DNA from: the human T2T-CHM13v2.0 reference genome, Homo sapiens
Reading direction: 5' to 3' (one strand)
Length of the DNA stretch: 64,000 nucleotides
Assembly (NCBI RefSeq): GCF_009914755.1
Contig: NC_060928.1
A program made the position numbers and the translations under genes. Of this stretch, positions 26,397-37,289 are shown piece after piece. The notes beneath the pieces were generated by a model that saw nothing but the letters and a program-made list of their open reading frames with translations, ran no database searches and had not been told where the DNA came from. Position 1 is the first letter of the stretch, and each line of letters opens with the position of its first letter.

Positions 26397-27593
26397 ATGG
26401 AGGACGACTCACTCTACTTGGGAGGTGAGTGGCAGTTCAACCACTTTTCAAAACTCACATCTTCTCGGCCCGATGCAGCTTTTGCTGAAATCCAGCGGAC
26501 TTCTCTCCCTGAGAAGTCACCACTCTCATGTGAGACCCGTGTCGACCTCTGTGATGATTTGGCTCCTGTGGCAAGACAGCTTGCTCCCAGGGAGAAGCTT
26601 CCTCTGAGTAGCAGGAGACCTGCTGCGGTGGGGGCTGGGCTCCAGAATATGGGAAATACCTGCTACGTGAACGCTTCCTTGCAGTGCCTGACATACACAC
26701 CGCCCCTTGCCAACTACATGCTGTCCCGGGAGCACTCTCAAACGTGTCATCGTCACAAGGGCTGCATGCTCTGTACTATGCAAGCTCACATCACACGGGC
26801 CCTCCACAATCCTGGCCACGTCATCCAGCCCTCACAGGCATTGGCTGCTGGCTTCCATAGAGGCAAGCAGGAAGATGCCCATGAATTTCTCATGTTCACT
26901 GTGGATGCCATGAAAAAGGCATGCCTTCCCGGGCACAAGCAGGTAGATCATCACTCTAAGGACACCACCCTCATCCACCAAATATTTGGAGGCTACTGGA
27001 GATCTCAAATCAAGTGTCTCCACTGCCACGGCATTTCAGACACTTTTGACCCTTACCTGGACATCGCCCTGGATATCCAGGCAGCTCAGAGTGTCCAGCA
27101 AGCTTTGGAACAGTTGGTGAAGCCCGAAGAACTCAATGGAGAGAATGCCTATCATTGTGGTGTTTGTCTCCAGAGGGCGCCGGCCTCCAAGACGTTAACT
27201 TTACACACCTCTGCCAAGGTCCTCATCCTTGTATTGAAGAGATTCTCCGATGTCACAGGCAACAAGATTGCCAAGAATGTGCAATATCCTGAGTGCCTTG
27301 ACATGCAGCCATACATGTCTCAGCAGAACACAGGACCTCTCGTCTATGTCCTCTATGCTGTGCTGGTCCACGCTGGGTGGAGTTGTCACAACGGACATTA
27401 CTTCTCTTATGTCAAAGCTCAAGAAGGCCAGTGGTATAAAATGGATGATGCCGAGGTCACCGCCTCTAGCATCACTTCTGTCCTGAGTCAACAGGCCTAC
27501 GTCCTCTTTTACATCCAGAAGAGTGAATGGGAAAGACACAGTGAGAGTGTGTCAAGAGGCAGGGAACCAAGAGCCCTTGGCTCTGAAGACTAA
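26397..27593 (+). CDS. USP17L6P: C-terminally truncated USP17-like protein, 398 aa (ends ALGSED*), with complete catalytic domain; terminal copy of the array
   Basis: Identical to full copies up to EPRALG, then ctctgaagac-taa replaces cgcagaagac-aca. Cys, His and Asp boxes are intact. Length and terminal position match my recollection of USP17L6P. Confidence 0.85.
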
Positions 27594-28400
27594 TGAATTG
27601 TGTGTGAAACAAAATATCATGTCTAAATCTTGCAGCGGAGTATTTATTTTTCTCACTTTGTAGTCATTTAGTGAGCTTTAACGAATATCAGTGCCTAGTG
27701 CCTATCCCCCAAAGATAAGAACTTCCAGTCTCTTTTGTGTAACCGTGGTATCTGGGTTGCTCTTGATTCTTAAGATAATTCTCCTGACCCCAACGTTTCA
27801 GAATCACTTCAGGTAGTGGAAACAGTTAACCCATCAGTCCGTTTGTCTCTCTTTCTGTTCACTCAGGTAAACTCTCAGTGAGACCAAGGAAAATCCTATG
27901 GTTTACTAGGGACGAGGAGTTTTATCAGTAGTGATATTGGTGGCTTCTTCCTCCCTGTCAAATCTCTTCCTCAGGATTGCCCCTTTGTCTCTTCAGGACT
28001 CTGCTCATCAGGCCCAAGATACCCCCTTGTTGCACATACCTGGCCTGTGAAGAAATAAGTGGAAGGAATGGTTCCAAAGACCATACTATGCTCAATCCAC
28101 CATCGCCTCTGACATTATGATGACTTCATGAGCCCTGGGTTAGAAGTTATGTCTTTACACCTGTAGGCCTTGCCTCATGGCCTCACGACGTCCCCATTTC
28201 TTACATCTTATAAATTTTGACTGAACCGTCAGAGCCTAAATCTTCATTCCTTATAGGCCAAAGGGAGATACACCAGAATTCTGTCCCTCTGAGACTGCAG
28301 GACATCTCAGCTTCCATCACATGAAATTTTACACCAAATATTGTTACTGCAGTTCCACCTCACAATGAGTAACTGGAAGTTCAGACAACATCTCAGACTC
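27594..28400 (+). repeat. Strongly diverged paralog of the RS447 spacer (unit positions ~650-1310)
   Basis: Colinear anchors: ttctcctga 27779 vs 829; tggtggct 27938 vs 841; tctttacacct 28152 vs 1055; aattctgtccctct 28277 vs 1186; gtaactggaa 28369 vs 1281. Confidence 0.85.
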
Positions 28401-28534
28401 TATACAGTTTCTGGCCAAGTTCATTTGTTTTGACAATTCTTTTACTCTATAAAGCAGTTGTGAGAACACTTAGGATTCATATTATTTAGTCTTTTAATCA
28501 GTCTGTTATTGTTTTCAATGTATTTACTAGACTT

Positions 28535-31030
28535 TAGTATTTCTGATAAACTTTGATGCAAAATTTCTCGATATAATAGTGGCAAACCAAATCCAGCAAC
28601 ATATCAAAAAGCTTATCCTCCAAGATCAAGTCAGCTTCATCCCTTTGGTGCAAGGCTGGTTGAACATAAACAAATCAATAAATGTAATTCACCATGTAAA
28701 CAGAACTAAAGACAAAAACCCCATGATTATCTCAGTAGACTCAGAAAAGGTCTTTGATAAAATTCAACATTCCTTTAAGTTAAAAACCTCATGAAACTAG
28801 GTATTGATGGAACATATCTCAAAATAATAAGAGCCATTTATGAAAAACCCACAGCCAATATCATATTGAATAGGCAAAAGCTGGAAGCATTCCGTTTGAA
28901 ATTCGGCACAAGGCAAGGATGCACTCTCTCACCACTCCTACTCAGTATAGTACTGGAAGTTCTGGCCAAGGCAATCAGGCAAGAGAAGGAAATAAAGCAT
29001 ATTCAAATAGTAAAAGAGGAAGTTGAACTGTCTTTGTTTGCAGATGACATGATCCTATATCTATAAAATCCCATCATCTCAGCCCAAAAGATTCTTAAGC
29101 TTATCAGCAACTCAGTAAAGTCTCAAGATAAAAAATCAGTGTGCAAAAATCAGAAGCATTCTTATACACCTACAACAGACAAGAAGAGAGCCAAATCACA
29201 AATGAGTTCCCATTTACAATTGCTGAAAAGAGTATAAAATACCTAGGAATACAGCTAACAAGGCAAGTGAAGGACCTCTTCAAGGAGAACTACAAACCAC
29301 TACTCAAGGAAATAAGAGAGGGCACAAACAAAAGGAAAAACATTCCATGCTCATGTGTAAGAAGAATCAATATCATGAAAAAGCCATATTTCCCAAAGTA
29401 ATTCATAGATTCAATGCTATTCCCATAAACTACCATGGACATTCTTTACAAAATTAGAAAAAACTACTTCAAAATTCATATGGAATGAAAAAAGAGCCCA
29501 TATACCCAGGACAATCCTAAGGTAAAATAACAAAGTTAGAGGCATCATGCTACCTGACTTCAAAATATATTACAAGGCTACAGTTACCCAACAGCATGGT
29601 AGTGGTACAAAACAGACACATAGACCAACGGAATGGAAGAGATATATCAGAAATAAAACTGCACATCTACAACCATTTTATTTTTGATGAAAACAAGCAA
29701 TGGGGAAAGGATTCCCTGTTTAATAATAAATGGTGCTTGAAAAACTGGCTAGACATATGCAGTAAACTGAATCTGTACCCCTTCCTTATACCTTTATACA
29801 GGAATGAACTGAAAATGGATTAAAGACTTAAATGTAAAACCCAAAGCTGTAAAAAATCCAACCCCATATAAAAGTGGGCAAAAGCTGGGTACAGTGGCTC
29901 ATGCCTGTAATCCCTGCAGTTTGGGAGGGTGAAGTGGGCACATAACTTGAGGCCAGGAATTCAAGATCAGCCTGGCCAAGCTGGTGAAACCACGTCTCTA
30001 CTGAAAATACAATAAATTAGCCTGATGTAGTGATGCGGGCCTGTAATCCCAACTAATCAAGAGCCTGAGAGAGAAGAATCGCCTGAATCTGGGAGGCAGA
30101 GGTTGCAGTGACCCGAGATTGTGCCACTGAACTCCACTCTGAGTGACAGAGCAAGGCTCTGTGTTAAAAAATTAAAATTTAAAAATTTCAAAAGTGGGCT
30201 AAGGACATGAACAGACACTTCTCAAAAGAAGACATTTATGCAGCCAACAAACATGAAATAAAAGCCCAACATTACTGATCATTAGAGAAATACAAATCAA
30301 AACCGCAGTGAGATACAATCTCATGCCAGTCAGAATAGTGATTATTAAAAAGTCAAAAAACAACAGATGCTGGTGAGACTGTGGGGAAATAGGAACATTT
30401 TTACACTGTTGGTGCGAATATAAGTTAGGTCAACCACTGTGGAAGACTGTGGTGATTTTTCAAAGACCTAGAATCAGAAATACCATTTGACCCAGCAATC
30501 CCATTACTGGGTTTATACCCAAAGGAATATAAATTCTTGTATTATAAAGATACATGCATGCATATGTTCATTGCAGCACTATTCACAATAGCAAAGACAT
30601 AGAATCAACCCAAATGCCCATCAATGATAGACTGGATACAGAAACTGTGATACATATACACCATGGAATACTATGCAGCCATAAAAAGGAATGAGATTAT
30701 GTCCTTTGCAGGGACATGGATGAAGCTGGAAGTCATTATTCTCAGCAAACTAATGCAGGAACAGAAAACCAAATACACATGTTCTCACTTATAAGTGGGA
30801 GATGAACAATGACAGAACATAGACACAGGGAGGGGAACAACACACACTGGAGTCTGTCTGGGGGTGAGTGGGGAGGGAGTGCATCAGGATAAATAGCTAA
30901 TGCATGTGGGCTGAATATCTAGGCAATGGGTTGATAGGTACAGCAAACCACCATGGCACACATTTACTTATGTAACAAACCTGCATATCCTCACATGTAT
31001 CCCAGAACTTAAAATGAAATAAAATAAAAT
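28535..31030 (+). mobile_element. 5'-truncated, decayed LINE-1 (older L1PA type): ORF2 RT region to 3'UTR/polyA, with an internal deletion near 29850
   Basis: Fragments [58 protein letters not shown]; L1 3'UTR ending cccagaacttaaaatgaaataaaataaa. Confidence 0.93.
29884..30190 (+). mobile_element. Alu (old AluS-like) inserted in the L1
   Basis: Dimeric Alu sequence; approximate TSD aaaagtgggc(a/t)aa on both sides. Confidence 0.9.
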
Positions 31031-31055
31031 TTTAAAAAACTTCATTTTTTCTAAC

Positions 31056-31100
31056 CTTCCAAAATGCAGGGATTACAGGCGTGAGCCACCATGCCTGGCC
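31056..31100 (-). mobile_element. Short Alu 5'-end fragment
   Basis: gggattacaggcgtgagccaccatgcctggcc. Confidence 0.8.
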
Positions 31101-32270
31101 CTGTTTTAACATATCTGAACAAGATTTAAAGACATCAGTTTGAAAAGAGCCCCTCTATGGCAGCAACATGAATTCTGTCAAACCTGAAGCAAGAACAAAC
31201 ATCAAATTTACGGTGAAGCTGGGGTACAAAAAATGGTGAAATAAATTATTCTTTAAGAAAAGTCTGTGGGAAAAATGACCTGAAGAATCAGTCATTTACA
31301 AATGGAAACCTTATTCTAAGAAGAGATAATACAATGTTGAAGATGAAGTCAACAGAAGAGGGACATCCATACCAATTTTTGAGAAAAAAAAAATCGTTTC
31401 TATGCCCTAATTGAGGAGGATTGACAATTAACAAGAGATATTATAGCCAACACCACAGACATCTCAATTGGTTCAGCTTACACAATACTGACTATAACGT
31501 GAAAGTTGAGAAACTTTACATTTGGTGAGTCCCAAATACCCTTGTGCTTAGACGAGCAGTGGACAAAAGCAGAGCTATTAGTGACTATTTTGAGTAAGCG
31601 GAATCAAGATCCTGCCGCATTATTTTGAAGAATTATAACAGGGAGTGAAACTGGCTTTATCAATAAGATCCTGAAGACAAAGCACAATTCAAGCAATGGC
31701 TACCAAGAGGTAGAAGTGGTCCAGTCAAAGCAAAAGCAAACTTCTCAAAAGCAAAAGCCATGGAGGTTTTGGGATGCTCAAGACATTTTGCTTGTTGACT
31801 TTCTGTAAGATTAAAGCACCATAACATCTGCTTACTAGGAGAGTTCTTAGAGAAAATTAGCAAATACTTTTGCAGAAAAGCACCCTGTAAAGCTTCACTA
31901 GAGAGTCCCTCTGCACCACAACAACACTTCTGTTCCTTCCTCTCATCAAACATGGGTAATTTTGCAAGAGTTTTCATGGGAAATTATTAGGCATCAACAT
32001 TACAGTCCTGATTTGGTTTCTTCTGACCTTTTTTTCCCTAATCTTAAAATAACTGTAAGGGGCACCCATTTTTCTTTAGTTAATAATAGAAGACTGCATT
32101 GACACGGTTAAATCCCCGTTACCCTCAGTTCTTTAGCAATGGACTGAATGGCTGGGATCATCCCTTAATGGAGTGTCTGGACCTCAGTAGAGCTTCTATT
32201 GAGAAATAAAGTTTATATTTATATTTTTGTTGTTAATTCCATTTTTCACTGACATTTTTAAGTCCCTTCA
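31101..32270 (+). mobile_element. Hsmar2 mariner DNA transposon fossil; near full-length transposase pseudo-ORF 31168-32209
   Basis: Reads MNSVKPEARTNIKFTVKLG..., IANTTDISIGSAYTILT, DPEDKAQFKQWLPRGRSGPVKAKA, YSPDL, ending EK*. Degenerate 3' TIR catttttcactgacatttttaagtcccttca. Multiple stops and frameshifts. Confidence 0.9.
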
Positions 32271-33609
32271 CAATTCACATTTGTCTCAAAGGTATTTAAA
32301 TTTAGAAATAATATCAAGTGTTAAAGAAAATTATATAGACAGAGGGAGAACAGAATCTATAAATATGCATGTTTGTGTACATACATCCATATACATACAT
32401 ATGTGTGTGCATGCAGTAATTTTATTCTCCTAAAGCAATGCCTCCGCCTTCCACCCTCACTGCACATGTCCTAGTCCTGTGATGTCCCTGGAACTGAGCA
32501 CCTGATTTCCTTCTCTGCCTCCCACATGAACAGGGAATAGAAATGGAAACCACGCTCTGTGGTTGCTGTTGTGAAAATTCGTGTTCCCCACAGGCTGAGT
32601 TTGGCATCTTACATTCTACTTCCCATTGTAAAAAAGCAAGCAACAAACAAAAACTACAAAAGAAAAAATGAAATAGTTGAAAGTCTAGAGACACAGAGGT
32701 TCCGGATCCACCCAATGCCCACGGTGACCTCCACAGCCCTCCAGGCCTGAGGGCAGTTATGCCTGAACAGCCTGCCTCTTCACCATCCACGCACGAAAGT
32801 GACTTTAAACTTCAATAGCTACCACTCTGTTCCACAAGGAACCAGATCAACATTCAAAGTCAGTGGTCTGACAACTCTAAGCTTTGGCCAGAAAGTATTG
32901 GAAGCATTTAACTTGCAGTGGATGAAGCAGCCCGGCCCCACTGCACACAACACACTCACAGGGACTCAAAGGAAGAGACTCAGGATCCGCTGGGTGGAAG
33001 TGAGGACATACCCAGAAACACAGGGGGTAGGAGGGGGTCAAACCAGGAAGGCTCAGGACCTGACCTCCTCCTAGGCCCTGCCCCTCTAGAACTCGCAGTT
33101 TTTTCTGACCCAGAAGCAGATTTCACTGATGGAAAAGAAGTTCAGTATTTCTTGTCCAGCCCAGTAAGCTGCTCCCGTTGCCCAGCCTTCCACACCCCTG
33201 CAGACGCCACAATCCCTGCACCCACTAACCTGACAAGGGAGCTATGCCTCACCTGGAGACAGTCCTAGGCCTGCACTCCTGTGATGGGGTCCAGGGTCTG
33301 TGTCCATTTCTGGTTAAAATTGCTGTAAGGCTGATCGCTGTCTTGGCCTCCACTCCTCACCCCATGTGAAGTTTTTACTCAGGAGATGGATTCTCACCCC
33401 TCTTGGAACATCAAGGACAGTGCCAGGACACCGTACCATCCCCTTGATCCTGGGATTCTGTAGACCTCAGTCTTCTCCTGAGGTCCCCTCCCTCCCTACC
33501 TCATTTTTTCCATACTTCTGGGGCCAGGGCCTGCTACACCTCAGGCTTCCTCTTCACAGTCACAGAGTGAGGGAGCCCCCTTCATCCTTGGGCTCTGGCC
33601 ACAGCTCAC

Positions 33610-33673
33610 CTGCTGCAGGACACTCAGCAGCTTTCAGTAGTTCATCCAGACATCCAGTTGGAAGTGGGATTTC
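33610..33673 (-). ncRNA. Candidate internal exon (64 bp) of a minus-strand FAM66-like lncRNA
   Basis: Minus strand reads ctttccttccag|GAAATCCC...GCAGCAG|gtgagc, with strong acceptor and donor. Position between USP17L and ZNF705 mirrors the FAM66 layout at 8p23 (recalled). Confidence 0.5.
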
Positions 33674-36600
33674 CTGGAAGGAAAGCAGGAACCCAGAATT
33701 ACACTGAATTCTAACACCAGGGCCCAGATTCCCCTTCTGCATGGGACACCAAGCTGCAAACACTACATAGGCACTTAATGCTCAGCTCTCCTTCTAACAT
33801 CTGGTCCAGTTGTGTCCCTCCTCCTTGGAATATCTCAGAAAATGTATCTCCACCTAGAGTTGTTTGAAAGCATCATCCTATGTGATTCCAGACCATCAGG
33901 GGTTCAATGGTTCCTCACCAGTATTTCCACTCTGCTTGGAAGACTTAGAAAATCCTGAGGCTGCTCAGAGGGTCAGATTCCCATCTCTGTGTTTCAGTAA
34001 AACTTCAGTCTTCCCCGGACAAGTGAGGAGATAGAAAATGTCTAGTCTCTGGCACATCTTTTGCAAGCAATGGCGGCTCCCAGGAATCAAAACTATCAAC
34101 GAATATATTTTTGAGACTCTGGTCAAAAGAAGAGTCATCCTGCAATTTCAGGTAGGATGGAGTGGTTCTGTGGCTTCTGAGGTGATTTTGAAAACATCTT
34201 GGCTCTCAGAAGGACCAAGGAGCACATTTCTGGCATTTCCAGACCTGGAAGAGTGACTGATGGACCTCCAGTGTTAGTTGGAAAACTTTTTGTTGGACAG
34301 CTTTGTAATAAGAGGATCTTGCTTTGGCTTTCAGGCCTTCACATAGGTTGTTTAGATCATGGAAGTGTTTCTGCATTTCTGCATAGGCTCAGGATGCCTT
34401 CTCAAGTCGTCCCTGCAATTATGAGACAGTTGCTTTCTCCAGAGGTCACTTAGAATAATACAAGAGGCTTCACCCTCAAAGGGACACCAGACAATATAGC
34501 CACAGTCCAGCCAAGATTATCTGTATTTACATACCTGTAAAGTAACACTCCCAGTTATCTCCATTAACTTGGACTTCTCTCATGAATAGGGAAACTCTAC
34601 TGATTGTTATATAACAGCTGCCACAAAAATTAACCAATAAAAAGAAATGATAAATGAAAAATAATTAATACTCATGATAATGAACGCAATGACCTAAATA
34701 GTACGAATTTTAATACTGGTGACAATATAAACATAAGGATACAAAAATTAATGTGGAGCTTCCCCTAAATATATGAAAACTTCACAAATTGGGTCCTCCT
34801 TGTGTAATTTGGAGTCAGAGTCAAAGAATTTCTCTATGAAATGTGTTCCATGATGGCAAACATCAAAAACAGGAGGTGAAAGAAAAGCAAGCCGCAGGAG
34901 ACCATGGACTAAAATGAACATTTGTGTGCAAAACTCTCTCATCAAGAACTACCAGCCAGAGGTGAAGGGACTGTGATTTGTGTCCTGCCCACCACTGGGC
35001 ACACAAAAGCTTTCAGTAGTGCAACCAGATGGCTGGTTTGGCCTGGCTCCCTGCAAGGAAGACATGTCTCTGATCCCCACCAGCCCATCAGTCCTGGAAC
35101 TCAGAATCCTACATGCAGTAAACATGAAGCTCCAACTCCATAGCTGACTTTACCTCCTTACTGTCCTTCTGCCATCTGGTGTTGCAGGTGCTCTCCAGAT
35201 CTGGACTTCTTGGCTCCCCTACCTTTACCAAGTGAACTCAGGATGTATCATTCTCAGTCTTCTCCTGCCCATCCAAAGTGAAACTCACCAATACAGGCAT
35301 ACCCTGGATTTGCTTCCTTGGAATATTTAGAAAACAATGAGCTTGCTCGTGGGTAGTGTGAGCTCTAGGAGTAGAGTTACAGTCTCCCATGGAAACCTGA
35401 GAGGACTTAGAATATTCCCAAAGGCCTAAGCTGCCCAATCTGTCCTGGAAACATCAGGAATGATATACTGGGTCTTCCTGAAGCTCCAAAATTTTTCTAA
35501 ATAAACTCAGAGGTTACAGAACCATTTTTCTCTTGGGAACTGAAGTGGAGTTATTTGCCTTCTGCCAGCATCTCACTTTTTTTCCCTCTAAGTTAGCTTT
35601 TGGGCCCAGAAGTAGATATTCCTTGTATTTGATTTACACAGGGAAGTTCCTAGAATGCCCGTGCCTCTGGATATTTTCTGCATTCACTCAGGTATTGACA
35701 AAATGCTGCAGTTCTACTGAAAATCTCTGAGATGACCATTTGATCACCTGAGTAACTTTAGAATGTGTCTTCTATGGAAGCCCTGGAGCCTCCCTTCTGG
35801 TATTTCATACATTGCCGGTACCAAGTACCGAGGGTGAAACCCTCCATCAGACATTGTTGGCAATTCCAGTATGGAGATGACACTAACGTGATGGGGCTCA
35901 AGAATGAGATGGTAGAAGACCAGCTGGGAGGTGAAGTCTCAGTAGGCTAGGGGCTTAATGTTCGATGCAACACCAGACTTCTGAGACTCAGGAGGTGGGT
36001 GTGGATCTGTCTGCCCAGTGCCTCTCATCTACAGCCTGGACCAGCTATTTCTTGGGGTGAACTACTGAAGGCTTTTGTACGACCTGTGTCAGGCAAGACT
36101 CTGGCCAGACCCTTTGCCATAGTCCATTTGTAATGTATTTCCACATGGTATAGGTATCTCCACTTTTGCCCATGCTCTCATGTGGCTCAGAATTATTCTC
36201 CCCACTGCCACTCTTCTTTGCCATCACAGAATATATTTCAAGATGTAGCCCTAAGTTTCTCCATCTAATCAATAACATGAGGGCTCGTATGGGAACACTG
36301 TCACAGGCTTACAGGAATATGTTCTTAAATATCTGCTTTTTTATTACTCTCTTCATTAAATTGAGATTTATATCATCACCATTATGATGGTCATTAATGT
36401 TATTATTATATTGGTAGGGTTCTTTATCATGGATATATTTGTGGTCGTTTTTATGCAATGTTGAATTTTTTTTTATGTTCCTGAAGACTGTTGAATTTGC
36501 TGAAGATGATTAAAAGACAACCTTAAAACATAAATACCACAGCAACCCCAGGACTCCTACTGTACTGCCTGGTGTCTTGTAGAAGAATGGGCTTCCTGAA

Positions 36601-36947
36601 TTATTCTTTTATTTTTCAGGCAAGTACTATTCATACCAGCATAGGAGACTGATGAAGTGCACCCTCATCTTGCCATGGGCTAAGAAAGAATTCATATATA
36701 TGCTTTATGTGATAGCAACTCTATGTGTAGGCTTGTGAGCCCTAGAATGCACTTTCTTTCACAAACTAGTCCACCTAAGAGTTTTCTAAGTCAAATCTCC
36801 TCTCCATGCTTGGATAGGTCATGAATGGCTTTCTGTTACCCACCTAAGATGAAGGGATATTTCTAAATCAGGTTTCTGGCCAAGAAACTTTTACCTGGAG
36901 TGGCAGGAGAGGGCCTACTTGTTCACCAGAGTGTCTGCAACATTTTC

Positions 36948-37289
36948 TTTTTTCTTCCTTTTTATTTTATTTATTTATTTTTATTTTATTATTATTATTA
37001 TTATTTTTTGAGATAGAGTCTCGCTCCGTCGCTCAGGCTGGAGTCCAGTGTCACGATCTTGGCTCGCTGCAACATCCAACTCCCAGGTTCAAGCGATTCT
37101 CCTGCCTCAGCCTCCTGAGTAGCTGGGATTACAGGTGCGTGTCACCACGCCCGGCTAATTTTTGTATTTTTAGTAGAGAGGGGGTTTCACCATGTTAGTC
37201 AGACTGGTCTCAAACTCCTGACCTCATGATCCGCCTGCCTTGGCCTCCCAAAGTGCTGGGATTACAGGCATAAGCCACCGCACCTGGCC
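36948..37289 (-). mobile_element. Full-length Alu (AluSc/Sg-like) with T/ATT tail
   Basis: Reverse Alu sequence; 15-bp TSD tctgcaacattttct on both sides. Confidence 0.93.

Larger units (their letters stand above)
1..27581 (+). repeat. RS447 macrosatellite: ~5.8 head-to-tail units of 4746 bp, each carrying a USP17L gene; continues beyond the window start
   Basis: All ORF coordinates recur at exact +4746 offsets (2583, 7329, 12075, 16821, 21567, 26313). Units differ only by scattered SNVs. Unit size and USP17 content match the known RS447 repeat. Confidence 0.97.

Noticed and set aside
28579-29823. Reverse-transcriptase-like ORFs
   Set aside because: Broken fragments of L1 ORF2, not an active or novel RT system.
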